Made by a program: the position numbers and the translations under genes. The notes beneath the pieces were generated by a model that searched no databases, had not been told where the DNA came from, and saw only the letters and a list, made by a program, of their open reading frames with translations. Positions 1 to 8,140 of a DNA stretch of 29,748 bases are shown piece by piece (the stretch's first letter is position 1; each line of letters opens with the position of its first letter). This stretch comes from Campylobacterota bacterium. Lineage in GTDB: Bacteria > Campylobacterota > Campylobacteria > Campylobacterales > Sulfurimonadaceae. The DNA lies in assembly GCA_034717975.1 (NCBI GenBank), contig JAYEMF010000144.1, positions 1 to 29,748 of the forward strand, given 5' to 3'.

Positions 1-124
1 ACATGTCCGTGAGTCTGCGTTAGAACCTTGCCACCGTAGCCCTGCTACGCTGACAAGAACCTGCCTTGATCACGAAAATGTATGTAACGCTGATGATATC
101 CAGGGTTTTTAGAGGTGCCCTAAA
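1..124. mobile_element. Probable right part of a MITE-like structured element, truncated by the window edge, ending TTTAGAGGTGCCCTAAA
   Basis: Nested hairpin centred on CGTAGC-cct-GCTACG (35-49) with further flanking pairing. Positions 108-124 are the exact reverse complement of 11538-11554. No ORF. Confidence 0.45.
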
Positions 125-158
125 TAGATATCTCAATTTTTGCACATGTTAATTAGCC

Positions 159-244
159 GTCATTCCGGACCTGATCCGGAATCCACAGCCTTTTTGCCCT
201 GACTTGCTTTGAGAGTGGATCCCCGGGTCAAGCCCGAGGATGAT
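159..244. repeat. REP/dRS3-like double-hairpin palindrome (GTCATTCCGGAcctgaTCCGGAATCCAC ... GTGGATCCCCGGGtcaagCCCGAGGATGA)
   Basis: Two GC-rich hairpins whose outer ends also pair (GTCATTCC-type terminus). Related termini at 24350-24461 and 27141-27170. Confidence 0.75.
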
Positions 245-274
245 GATTAGATAATATATAAAACAAGGAACCAC

Positions 275-1240
275 GTGTTAATAGACAGCTATGGCAGAAC
301 CGTTGACTACCTGCGAGTCTCAGTAACGGAACGCTGCAACTTTCGATGTCAGTACTGTATGCCGGAAAAACCCTTCTCCTGGGTTCCGAAAGAGAACCTT
401 CTGAAATTTGAAGAGCTTTTCGAATTTATGAAAGTGGCTATTGACGAGGGTGTCAAAAAGATCCGTATCACCGGCGGCGAACCCCTGCTGCGTGAAGACC
501 TTGACAAGTTTATCAAGATGATCTATGACTATGAACCCTCTATCGATCTGGCAATGACAAGCAATGCTTTTCTCTTAAAGGGAACCGCACAAAAGCTTAA
601 AGATGCCGGCCTCAAACGCATCAATGTATCGATCGATACTCTCAAACCCGAAGTTGCCCAGGAGATTGCCCAAAAAGATGTCCTTGGCAGCGTCCTTGAA
701 GGTGTGGAAGAAGCACTCAAAGTCGGCTTGAAGGTCAAAGTCAACATGGTTCCGATGAAAGGGATCAATGACAGTGAGATCATCGATGTTCTGGAGTATT
801 GTAAAGCACGCGGGATGAGTATCCGTTTTATTGAGTATATGGAAAACTCTCATGCCAGTGTAGATATCAAAGGGATGAAAAGCAGCGAACTCCTTGAACT
901 CATTCGTCAGCACGCCGATTTTGAAGATGAGGGCTTTGACGGCCACTCCCCTTCACACTACTACAAGATGAAAGACGGTTACCGTTTTGGTATCATCGAG
1001 CCTTATGGTGATGACTTTTGCAAAACCTGTAACCGTATCCGATTAACAGCAGAGGGACAGCTCATCCCCTGCCTCTATTTTGATGAAGCGATGAGTATCA
1101 AAGAGTCGATCCAGCGTGGCGATATCAAAGGGGCCGCACAGGTACTTAAAGAGGTCGTACGCACCAAGCCGGAGAAAAACCGCTGGGGCGGGGATGAGGC
1201 AGAGGCTTCGAGTCGTGCTTTTTATGAGACTGGTGGATGA
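275..1240 (+). CDS. moaA: GTP 3',8-cyclase MoaA (radical SAM, molybdenum cofactor synthesis)
   Basis: [17 protein letters not shown] motif, C-terminal [11 protein letters not shown]...PCL cluster motif, terminal GG. GTG start with AAGGA RBS. Confidence 0.97.
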   Translation: MLIDSYGRTVDYLRVSVTERCNFRCQYCMPEKPFSWVPKENLLKFEELFEFMKVAIDEGVKKIRITGGEPLLREDLDKFIKMIYDYEPSIDLAMTSNAFLLKGTAQKLKDAGLKRINVSIDTLKPEVAQEIAQKDVLGSVLEGVEEALKVGLKVKVNMVPMKGINDSEIIDVLEYCKARGMSIRFIEYMENSHASVDIKGMKSSELLELIRQHADFEDEGFDGHSPSHYYKMKDGYRFGIIEPYGDDFCKTCNRIRLTAEGQLIPCLYFDEAMSIKESIQRGDIKGAAQVLKEVVRTKPEKNRWGGDEAEASSRAFYETGG

Positions 1241-1261
1241 TTTCAAGTTGTAAGGACTTAG

Positions 1262-1565
1262 GTTTCTTCTTTCTTTTTTTGGTGCAAAACAAGAAACAAA
1301 AAAACATTTTTTGGCTGCTCGGAAAGGCTGTCTGTTAAGTTGTATAGGCTCGGTTGGGGTCTGAGTAGATTCTGCCGCCTTTGGATTTGGCTAACTTTTT
1401 GGTTTTTATGGCGTTATAGCAATAGTATCTGTAGTTGTATAGGCTATGATAATCACTGTCAGCCTGATGGTTTTGCAGCACCTCTATCTGGCTGAGTCCG
1501 CGGAGCTTTGGTAGCGAGTTTTTCTTTGCTTACTTTCTTTTTGCCGAAAACAAAAAGAAAGTAAG
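1262..1565. repeat. ~300 bp structured dispersed repeat, copy A
   Basis: Aligns by eye at roughly 80% identity to the reverse complement of ~27575-27841. Perfect 15-bp stem 1529-1543/1551-1565. Lies between convergent moaA and queD. Confidence 0.85.
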
Positions 1566-1604
1566 AGGAGAACGCATTAAAATCTTTGCTTTAAAAGTAT
1601 AGAT

Positions 1605-2186
1605 TTACACTGTATCAGGATTACTAAAACGTTCTCCGGCTTTAATCTTCTCCCACAACTCAAGATCTTTCCAATCCGCCTTAATACCCTCACTGAAAAC
1701 AATCTTTTCCAAATTAATCACACCCATCTTTTCCGAGTAGGCATCCGCTTCAAACCCCTGGGCATAGCCGGTAGCAGTTTCATGCACGATCACACTGTGA
1801 AGTTTGACCTCTTTTTCACCGTTAATAGTGTTTGTCAGGCCCAGAAGCCGGTCGATCATCATAAAGATCACCCGGCTGAACTGCTCGGCTGAAGGAGATA
1901 CGGGGAGCTGGACCCATCTGTCGGAGTGTTTTTTCATATCGGCAAGATAGTCGGTATCATCCTGATCCCACAGCGTAATCGCATGATCAAAACTGTCAAT
2001 AAGCTCTTTCATCCGCTGCTTCGTCAAACCGAAGTCATAAACCATCTGGCCGTTATCGAGATAGTTCGATTCAAACAGGAGCTCGATCTTGTAAGAGTGC
2101 CCATGCAGCGATGCACGACAGCGCTGTGTTGAACAGTTACGGACAATGTGAGCATTTTCAAATTTAAAGAGTTTGCGAATTATCAA
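1605..2186 (-). CDS. queD: 6-carboxy-5,6,7,8-tetrahydropterin synthase QueD (long Campylobacterota type)
   Basis: FENAH, C...LHGHSY, MVYDFG, FDHA, PSAE and VHET motifs of the PTPS/QueD fold. Adjacent to queE. TTG start. Confidence 0.9.
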   Translation of the reverse strand: MIIRKLFKFENAHIVRNCSTQRCRASLHGHSYKIELLFESNYLDNGQMVYDFGLTKQRMKELIDSFDHAITLWDQDDTDYLADMKKHSDRWVQLPVSPSAEQFSRVIFMMIDRLLGLTNTINGEKEVKLHSVIVHETATGYAQGFEADAYSEKMGVINLEKIVFSEGIKADWKDLELWEKIKAGERFSNPDTV

Positions 2187-2204
2187 AAAAATCCTTTTTT
2201 TGGA

Positions 2205-2282
2205 GGGAAGAGGAAAGGGATAAGGAGAAAGAGGAAAAAATATATCACACGATCTCTTCCCACTTTCCCCTTTCCTCTTCCC
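2205..2282. repeat. Heptamer-palindrome element 1 (empty)
   Basis: GGGAAGA GGAAAGG GATAAGG AGAAAGA GGAAAAA, ~15-nt loop, TCTTCCC ACTTTCC CCTTTCC TCTTCCC. Between queE and queD. Confidence 0.85.
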
Positions 2283-2297
2283 TGCTGCAAAGCAGTA

Positions 2298-3056
2298 CTA
2301 AACCCCTTTGTTCTGGTCCCAGATCCGAATGTGAAGTCTATCGGAATAACGGTACCCTTTCCGCTTACAAAACTCGATCACCGCTTCGGTATTGGCTTCC
2401 ACTTCAGTTTTCGAACCGCCCAGCGGCATACAGTAGACCGATTCATGCGGCACATACGCGACAATCTCTTCGATCTCTTTTTCTAATTCCGAACCGATGT
2501 GGGCCTGATCTACCGTAAACTTAAAAAAACTCTCGCGGGCATGAGAAGCGATGTCTATAAATATATCAGGCTTCACCCGTTTGGCATAAGGCTCACCGCT
2601 GTTGGAGAGCTTGACCGAAAGAGCATAGATACATTTACGATAAACCGGATACGCCGTAAAATTAACCGGCATGGCACCGTTAGTCTCGAAAGTCACACGA
2701 TGATCACGCTCTATCAGGTATTGCAAAAATGCTGCAAAGAGCGGATTGTCGGCATAGATGAGCGGCTCACCGCCGGTCAACACAACATCCACATTTTTTG
2801 GAAGTTCATAACTTTCCAGAACATCGATAAGCTGCTGAAGCTCTGTGACCTGCTGCCACTGTGCTCCAAAATGCTGTTTATCAACGGCGTAGACTGTATC
2901 ACATCCCGGTACCGTTACGCCATCAGGAGCCGTCTCCTTACAGCCAAAACCTTCGCAGCGCATATTGCAGCCGCCAAAACGGAAGAAGAGCGACGGAACA
3001 CCCGTGTATTTACCTTCACCCTGGATGGAAAAAAAGTGTTCGACCAGGTAAATCAA
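2298..3056 (-). CDS. queE: 7-carboxy-7-deazaguanine synthase QueE (radical SAM)
   Basis: EHFFSIQGEGKYTG, FFRFGGCNMRC...GCDT, VVLTGGEP, FETNG and RLHIRIW motifs. TTG start. Confidence 0.93.
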   Translation of the reverse strand: MIYLVEHFFSIQGEGKYTGVPSLFFRFGGCNMRCEGFGCKETAPDGVTVPGCDTVYAVDKQHFGAQWQQVTELQQLIDVLESYELPKNVDVVLTGGEPLIYADNPLFAAFLQYLIERDHRVTFETNGAMPVNFTAYPVYRKCIYALSVKLSNSGEPYAKRVKPDIFIDIASHARESFFKFTVDQAHIGSELEKEIEEIVAYVPHESVYCMPLGGSKTEVEANTEAVIEFCKRKGYRYSDRLHIRIWDQNKGV

Positions 3057-3075
3057 AAGGATTCCTTTTGATTTA

Positions 3076-3507
3076 GGGAAGGGGAAAGGGGGAAGAGGGA
3101 AGAGAGAGGGAGCAAGACTTTAAACATTTTCGCTCTTCCTTTTTTTGATAAGACCTTGCAACATTCTTTTAATAGTTTCATTTTTCGCCAAAATCTCTTG
3201 ATGATGGCAATAGTGTAAATTATGTGATATTGTCAGTTGAGTTTCCACTTCCGAACAAGAACCTAATGCAATATATAAAAACTGTATAAACTCTTTATTG
3301 CTTTGCCGAGCAGCACCTTCGGCTATATTTGAAGGGATCGAAACAGCCGCCCTTCGAATTTGATTGGTCAATCCAAATTTTTCATCTGATGGAAACTGTT
3401 GAGTGAGTTGGTATATATCGGTGACTAAATCTACCGATTGCTTCCAGACATCAAGTCTTTTATGCATCGTTTTTTTCCTCTTCCCTCTTTCCTCTTCCCT
3501 CTTCCCC
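3076..3507. mobile_element. Gene-bearing heptamer-palindrome element 2: inverted 7-mer arrays enclosing a four-helix-bundle gene
   Basis: Purine arm 3076-3110 (GGGAAGG GGAAAGG GGGAAGA GGGAAGA GAGAGGG) and pyrimidine arm 3472-3507 (TTTTTCC TCTTCCC TCTTTCC TCTTCCC TCTTCCC) flank an AT-rich ORF. Mobility is inferred, not shown. Confidence 0.65.
3120..3467 (-). CDS. Four helix bundle protein (23S rRNA-IVP / bAvd-like family), 115 aa
   Basis: Signature LDVWKQS...FPSDEKFGLTNQIRRAAVSIPSNIAEG...FLYIALGSCSEVETQL...MLQGLI. Start placed at ATG 3467 (MHKRLDVW), overlapping the moeA stop (ATGCATAA). Confidence 0.93.
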   Translation of the reverse strand: MHKRLDVWKQSVDLVTDIYQLTQQFPSDEKFGLTNQIRRAAVSIPSNIAEGAARQSNKEFIQFLYIALGSCSEVETQLTISHNLHYCHHQEILAKNETIKRMLQGLIKKRKSENV

Positions 3508-4722
3508 GACACTAACCAATGAGGTTTGTGTCTCGCAATTAAATGTAAAACGTGTTGGGATCACTTTGACGCTACTCCCTTTTTCAAGCATCGATACTGT
3601 TTCATCGATCATGATGAAACCGTTGGCTTTCGCCAGCGGCGAAACCATTCCCGGTGCGAACTTCTCAGACGCTTTAAACGACTCTCCATTATAAAAGCCG
3701 GGGATAAGTGTACGGCGTCCCTGTTTGACTTTGAAATCTTCTGCCATTTCCGCCTGCAGTGAACCAAGATACTTTTCATGACCTCCGCTGAGAGCCAGAA
3801 TGATACTCTGTCCGAACAGCTCGAAATTAAGTGCCGCAGCAAGGGGATTGCCAGGGAGGTTTAACACAGCAGTTTTACCGATCTTTCCAAAGGTGGTCGG
3901 TTTCCCCGGCTTAATATTGATCTTGTCAAAGAGTATCTCTAGACCGAAAGCACCAAACGCCTCTTTCGTATAATCGGCATCACCCACACTTACACCACCT
4001 GAAGTGATGATAAGGTCACTGTCCAGCGCGCTCTCAATATGCTCATGTAGTGCTTCGAGCGAATCTTCAGCCGTCCCAATAAAACTGACATCACAGCCAA
4101 GTTCCTGAACGCGTGCTGTAAAAGTCGGGGTGTTCGTATTGTAAAGCTGATGCGATTCCACCTGCTCAAAATGCATCTTCAGTTCACTGCCTGATGCAAA
4201 GAGAGCCACCCGCGGCTTTTTATAGAGATGCACATGACTGATCCCCTGAGAAGCAAGCAGAGTGATATGGTGGGCATAGAGACGGACACCCGATCTCAAC
4301 AGCGCATCATCTGCCTGGATATCCTCACCGCAAAGACGAATATGCTGACCGGCTTTGAGGTTTTCGGGCAAGATCACTTCATCACCGTTAGGCTCGGTAT
4401 TTTCCACAGGAACAATGCATTCCGTTCCCTCAGGGATCTTTGCCCCGGTCATAATCTTGGTGCAGGAGCCTTCAAAGATCTTGCTATCGTCTTTATCACC
4501 GGCGAAAATAGTGTGCAGGACATTGACCGATTTGCCGGCATCGGCAATCTTTACGGCATAGCCATCCATCGCGGAGTTGTCATACGGCGGCAGATTGTGT
4601 ACCGCTGTAACATCGTGAGCAAGTACCCTGCCGAGCGCTGTTTCGATCGGGAGGAGTTCAGTTGATTTAGATGTGACATTCTGATAGATCAGATCTAGTG
4701 CTTCTTCGACAGATACGGCCAT
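3460..4722 (-). CDS. moeA: Molybdopterin molybdotransferase MoeA
   Basis: PPYDNSAMDGYAV, KIMTGAKIPEG, SGGVSVGDAD, IKPGKP and LPGNP motifs. The last ~15 aa are translated heptamer repeat. Confidence 0.95.
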   Translation of the reverse strand: MAVSVEEALDLIYQNVTSKSTELLPIETALGRVLAHDVTAVHNLPPYDNSAMDGYAVKIADAGKSVNVLHTIFAGDKDDSKIFEGSCTKIMTGAKIPEGTECIVPVENTEPNGDEVILPENLKAGQHIRLCGEDIQADDALLRSGVRLYAHHITLLASQGISHVHLYKKPRVALFASGSELKMHFEQVESHQLYNTNTPTFTARVQELGCDVSFIGTAEDSLEALHEHIESALDSDLIITSGGVSVGDADYTKEAFGAFGLEILFDKINIKPGKPTTFGKIGKTAVLNLPGNPLAAALNFELFGQSIILALSGGHEKYLGSLQAEMAEDFKVKQGRRTLIPGFYNGESFKASEKFAPGMVSPLAKANGFIMIDETVSMLEKGSSVKVIPTRFTFNCETQTSLVSVGEEGRGKREEEKNDA

Positions 4723-4737
4723 TAATATCCTTTGTTT

Positions 4738-4809
4738 GGGGAAGGGGAAAGGGGAAGGAGAAAGATGAACTGGCCAACTCCTCTTCCCTCTTTCCCCTTT
4801 CCCCTTTCC
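4738..4809. repeat. Heptamer-palindrome element 3 (empty), in the probable moeA 5' UTR
   Basis: GGGAAGG GGAAAGG GGAAGG AGAAAGA, 16-nt loop, TCTTCCC TCTTTCC CCTTTCC CCTTTCC. Confidence 0.85.
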
Positions 4810-4822
4810 TTATCTATACGGG

Positions 4823-4828
4823 ATTATA
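4823..4828 (-). promoter_or_regulatory. Candidate sigma70 -10 box (TATAAT) for moeA-four-helix-queE-queD
   Basis: ATTATA on + (TATAAT on -), about 100 nt upstream of the moeA start in a divergent intergenic region. Confidence 0.45.
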
Positions 4829-4834
4829 GATAAA

Positions 4835-4846
4835 TTGCGTTAAAAT
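4835..4846 (+). promoter_or_regulatory. Candidate -10 box (TTGCGTTAAAAT), probable leaderless transcript
   Basis: TAAAAT ends 7 nt before ATG 4854 and there is no SD. The identical 12-mer occurs at 9261-9272. Confidence 0.5.
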
Positions 4847-4853
4847 TCCGGTT

Positions 4854-5267
4854 ATGAATGAAATGTATAATATGAGTATTGATTTTCACGATCTTGGTGT
4901 ATTGGGAATGATGGCGGTAATCGCCATCAATATGTTGGTGCTGCTGCGTACCAAAGAGGCAGCCGGATACATTAAAAAACTGCAGATCTATATCAATCCG
5001 GCTTCAAGTACCATGATCGGTGCGGTCATTTTCACCGGAATCATCATGATGGCGGCGAAACATCTCGATTTTACCATTGCCAACATTGCAATGATCATCG
5101 CCTCAATCGCAGTGATCGTCCTGGAAGTGAAACGTACCCGCCTTTGGAAGCAGATAGATATTCGAACCGAAACAGGGTTTGGCCTCTATAAAGCCAAAGT
5201 GACAAAAATGCTGGGAATCGAACTGGCCATAACCGCAGTGATCGGTATCTGGATGCTCATCCTGTGA
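4854..5267 (+). CDS. Hypothetical integral membrane protein (about 4 TM helices)
   Basis: Four hydrophobic segments, FTGIIMMAAKHLDFT motif, overlaps rsmE start (GTGA). Confidence 0.8.
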   Translation: MNEMYNMSIDFHDLGVLGMMAVIAINMLVLLRTKEAAGYIKKLQIYINPASSTMIGAVIFTGIIMMAAKHLDFTIANIAMIIASIAVIVLEVKRTRLWKQIDIRTETGFGLYKAKVTKMLGIELAITAVIGIWMLIL

Positions 5268-5935
5268 CATTTGTATTTGATGAGGATGCCGGCAGCAGTG
5301 AACTGGTACTCAAAGGGGAGAGCTTCAAGTACCTCATCAAAGTACGACGTCATGGTGTGGGGGACCTGCTCGCCTTCAGGCAGCGTGAGCAGCCGTCTAC
5401 ACTCCATCGCTACAAGCTGGTCGCCATTGATGGCAGGCAGGCGCATCTTCAACTGCAAGAGAGCAAAATGTATGAGGTCAAAGCTGGGTACCCTTTACAC
5501 ATCGGCTGGTGTGTGATCGACAGCAAGTCTGTAGAAAAAGTCCTTCCCTCTCTCAATGAGCTTGGAGTCACCAAGATCACCTTTATTGAGTGTGATCGGA
5601 GTCAAAAAAACTTTAAGCCCGATTTCAAGCGATATGAACGTATTTTGGAGGGCTCGATGCAGCAGTGCGGGCGCACCCATAAAATGGTGTTCGAAACAGC
5701 GACCAATATTGCTTCGTTTGTTAAAACAAACCCGGATTGTGCCGTTTTCGATTTTTGCGAGACTGTTTACCCCGATAGTGACCCTTATGAAACCGTACTT
5801 ATCGGTGCCGAAGGCGGCTTTAGCGATAAAGAGCGGGAGATCATGCAGCAGCAAAAGGTTTTTCGACTTGATACAGCGATGATCTTGCGTTCTGAAACAG
5901 CTGCCGTGGCAATTGCCAGTAAGATTCTGCTATGA
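5264..5935 (+). CDS. rsmE: 16S rRNA m3U1498 methyltransferase RsmE
   Basis: LNELGV, SMQQCGR, LIGAEGGFS and ILRSETAA motifs. Confidence 0.93.
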   Translation: MTFVFDEDAGSSELVLKGESFKYLIKVRRHGVGDLLAFRQREQPSTLHRYKLVAIDGRQAHLQLQESKMYEVKAGYPLHIGWCVIDSKSVEKVLPSLNELGVTKITFIECDRSQKNFKPDFKRYERILEGSMQQCGRTHKMVFETATNIASFVKTNPDCAVFDFCETVYPDSDPYETVLIGAEGGFSDKEREIMQQQKVFRLDTAMILRSETAAVAIASKILL

Positions 5936-6053
5936 CACTTCGTCACATCTGAGCATTATTTTTAGATAATTGTCGATAATTTTACGATTCTTGTTTTATA
6001 ATCTATTATCAACCGTGTTCACATGCGCATTGACGTGAAGAAAGGTCAAATAT

Positions 6054-7991
6054 ATGTTCCTACGTCCCGAAAAAAACAAACTGGCAACCATGTTTTCAAT
6101 CATGTTTGCGACTGCATTTATTGTTATTTCTGCTATTTTTTATGTTTATGACTATCAGACGCAAAAAGCGACGCTGAAGCAGAACCTTAAATCACAGGCC
6201 GACTCTGTCCTTGCTTTTGCCGGAGCGCTGCTGGAGTCACGCAACGAGAAGTTTTTCAGCGGCGAATCTTACGAAGTTCCCCAGATCATTCACCGGGAGG
6301 TTTTTGACAAGTTTACGGCCGTTTCCGGCGGAAAGGTGTTCTATAAAGAGGCATCCAATACACCTGTAAATCCTAACAACATGACAACCGACTATGAGAA
6401 AGAGGCGATTGATACATTTGTCAATGACCGTTCACTCGAAACGCTGGAGATGGTCGTCGAAGATGGCGGCAAAGAGTACTATATGATGGCCAAACCGATG
6501 GTCAGCGAACAGCGCTGCATACAGTGCCACCCGCAGTGGACACCGGGGAATGTGATCGCCATTGAAGATGTACGTATCGATATGGTCGATTTCAATGCGG
6601 CACTTTCTGAAAGCCTGGTGATGACAAGCGTCACCGCACTGCTCAATATCCTTGTTATCCTGTTTTTGACACATTATCTGTTCAGTAAACATGTTGCTGC
6701 ACGTATCAACAAGGTACTTGAACTGATCTTCCGAGTAGAAAAAGGACATTTTGTCATTGACGACCTGATCAAAGATGAGCCGATCGAGCAAGGCAGCACC
6801 AATAATGAGATCGATCGCCTCTTCAGACACCTTAACAAAATGGTTGACACCCTTAGACCGGTTATCGGAAACGTTGTTGATTCAAGTAAACTGATGGCGT
6901 TTGAAGCAAGTTACGGCTATGTCAGAATCGATCAGACACACAGCCTTGTCGAAGAGCAGAACAGGGCATTGGAAATTTCACAGGAACATATTGACAAAGT
7001 ACTCAATATCAACGGAACGGCCGGTGAGAACCTGCAAAAACTGCTGGAGAATTCTCAGCACTCCGAACAGATGATTGCATCCGGCCAGAAAGAGATCACC
7101 GGCAACCTCAAAGACAGTGAAAATGCCAGTAGCGCAATGGATGAAACGGTTTTGGCCATCAGTGAACTTCGTGACTTCTCCAATGAGATCTCTTCGACGA
7201 TCGAGGTGATCACCGATATCGCGGATGAGACCAACCTTATTGCGCTCAATGCAGCCATCGAGGCGGCGCGTGCCGGAGAGCACGGACGCGGTTTTGCCGT
7301 TGTAGCGGAGAAGATCCGCGAACTGGCCGAGATATCACTGAGCAATGCTCAGACAATCAACAATGTACTTAAAAACATTCACGGTCATATCGATAAAGTA
7401 ACGAACAATGCCGAGCACTCCAAGGAGGTCATCCGATCATTAGGCGAAAGCTCCATTAAGCTGAATGAGCGTTTTGAAGAGATAAAGGGGGGGATTGATC
7501 TGATGAAAAATGTCCTTGGAGAATTCCGTAATGAGTTTAGCGAAGAGACTATCGCGCTAACTCATACCAGTGAAGAACTGACACACGTCAAAGATTCCAG
7601 CAGGACACTGGTAGATAATGCCAACAGCTCCAAAGAGGTCATGAATATTCTGGTCCAGAAGGGTGGTGAACTGAAATCCTTGGCTGATGGTTTTGAAGTG
7701 GTTTTGAACAAACGAAATGCAAAACGTACCATTATCACACCTCCGATCGAAGGAGTACTTCATGTTAATGGCAAAAAATACGACTCTATCTTCCTGTTCG
7801 ACTGTTCGACAACCGGAATCTCTTTCTATGACATCAGTAGCGATATGGAAACACTCTGCAGAACCGGTGACCGTGGACGCCTGGAGCTTAGTCAGCCGAC
7901 TGATGGACACGACTCTTTCAACTTTGAAGTCGTCTATATCAGTGAAGAATCGATGAAAGGCGTCTTTTTCTATGGCGCGAAAATAAAGTGA
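6054..7991 (+). CDS. Methyl-accepting chemotaxis protein with heme-c (DUF3365-like) sensor domain and C-terminal PilZ-like domain
   Basis: Two TM helices flank a domain with PVNPNN...EKEA and CIQCH. Signalling tip [39 protein letters not shown]-terminal RNAKR and DCSTTG. Confidence 0.9.
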   Translation: MFLRPEKNKLATMFSIMFATAFIVISAIFYVYDYQTQKATLKQNLKSQADSVLAFAGALLESRNEKFFSGESYEVPQIIHREVFDKFTAVSGGKVFYKEASNTPVNPNNMTTDYEKEAIDTFVNDRSLETLEMVVEDGGKEYYMMAKPMVSEQRCIQCHPQWTPGNVIAIEDVRIDMVDFNAALSESLVMTSVTALLNILVILFLTHYLFSKHVAARINKVLELIFRVEKGHFVIDDLIKDEPIEQGSTNNEIDRLFRHLNKMVDTLRPVIGNVVDSSKLMAFEASYGYVRIDQTHSLVEEQNRALEISQEHIDKVLNINGTAGENLQKLLENSQHSEQMIASGQKEITGNLKDSENASSAMDETVLAISELRDFSNEISSTIEVITDIADETNLIALNAAIEAARAGEHGRGFAVVAEKIRELAEISLSNAQTINNVLKNIHGHIDKVTNNAEHSKEVIRSLGESSIKLNERFEEIKGGIDLMKNVLGEFRNEFSEETIALTHTSEELTHVKDSSRTLVDNANSSKEVMNILVQKGGELKSLADGFEVVLNKRNAKRTIITPPIEGVLHVNGKKYDSIFLFDCSTTGISFYDISSDMETLCRTGDRGRLELSQPTDGHDSFNFEVVYISEESMKGVFFYGAKIK

Positions 7992-8014
7992 TCGTTGCAA
8001 TGGCCTGAATTTTT

Positions 8015-8023
8015 TGCTATAAT
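8015..8023 (+). promoter_or_regulatory. Extended -10 promoter (TGcTATAAT) for rpmE
   Basis: Exact TGnTATAAT preceded by a T-tract, about 115 nt upstream of rpmE. Confidence 0.6.
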
Positions 8024-8140
8024 CGCGCTCTTAAAACGAGTCGTGTCTTTTTTAAAAAGGCATTTACTTGATGCCCGCACCTATACGGGTTAAAATATTA
8101 TAGATATACGTACTATGACGTGTATCACCAAGGCAAAATA

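Noticed and set aside
1..105. 6S RNA or another housekeeping ncRNA
   Set aside because: The rod-like fold is suggestive, but the arm looks short and it ends in a sequence repeated at 11538, which favours a MITE. It cannot be excluded without upstream sequence.
3468..3512. N-terminal extension MSGKREEERGKRKKT of the four-helix ORF in the ORF track
   Set aside because: It is translated heptamer repeat; family similarity begins at ATG 3467.
8120..8140. GTG-started extension of L31
   Set aside because: The canonical MKKEIHP start with an RBS is at 8141.
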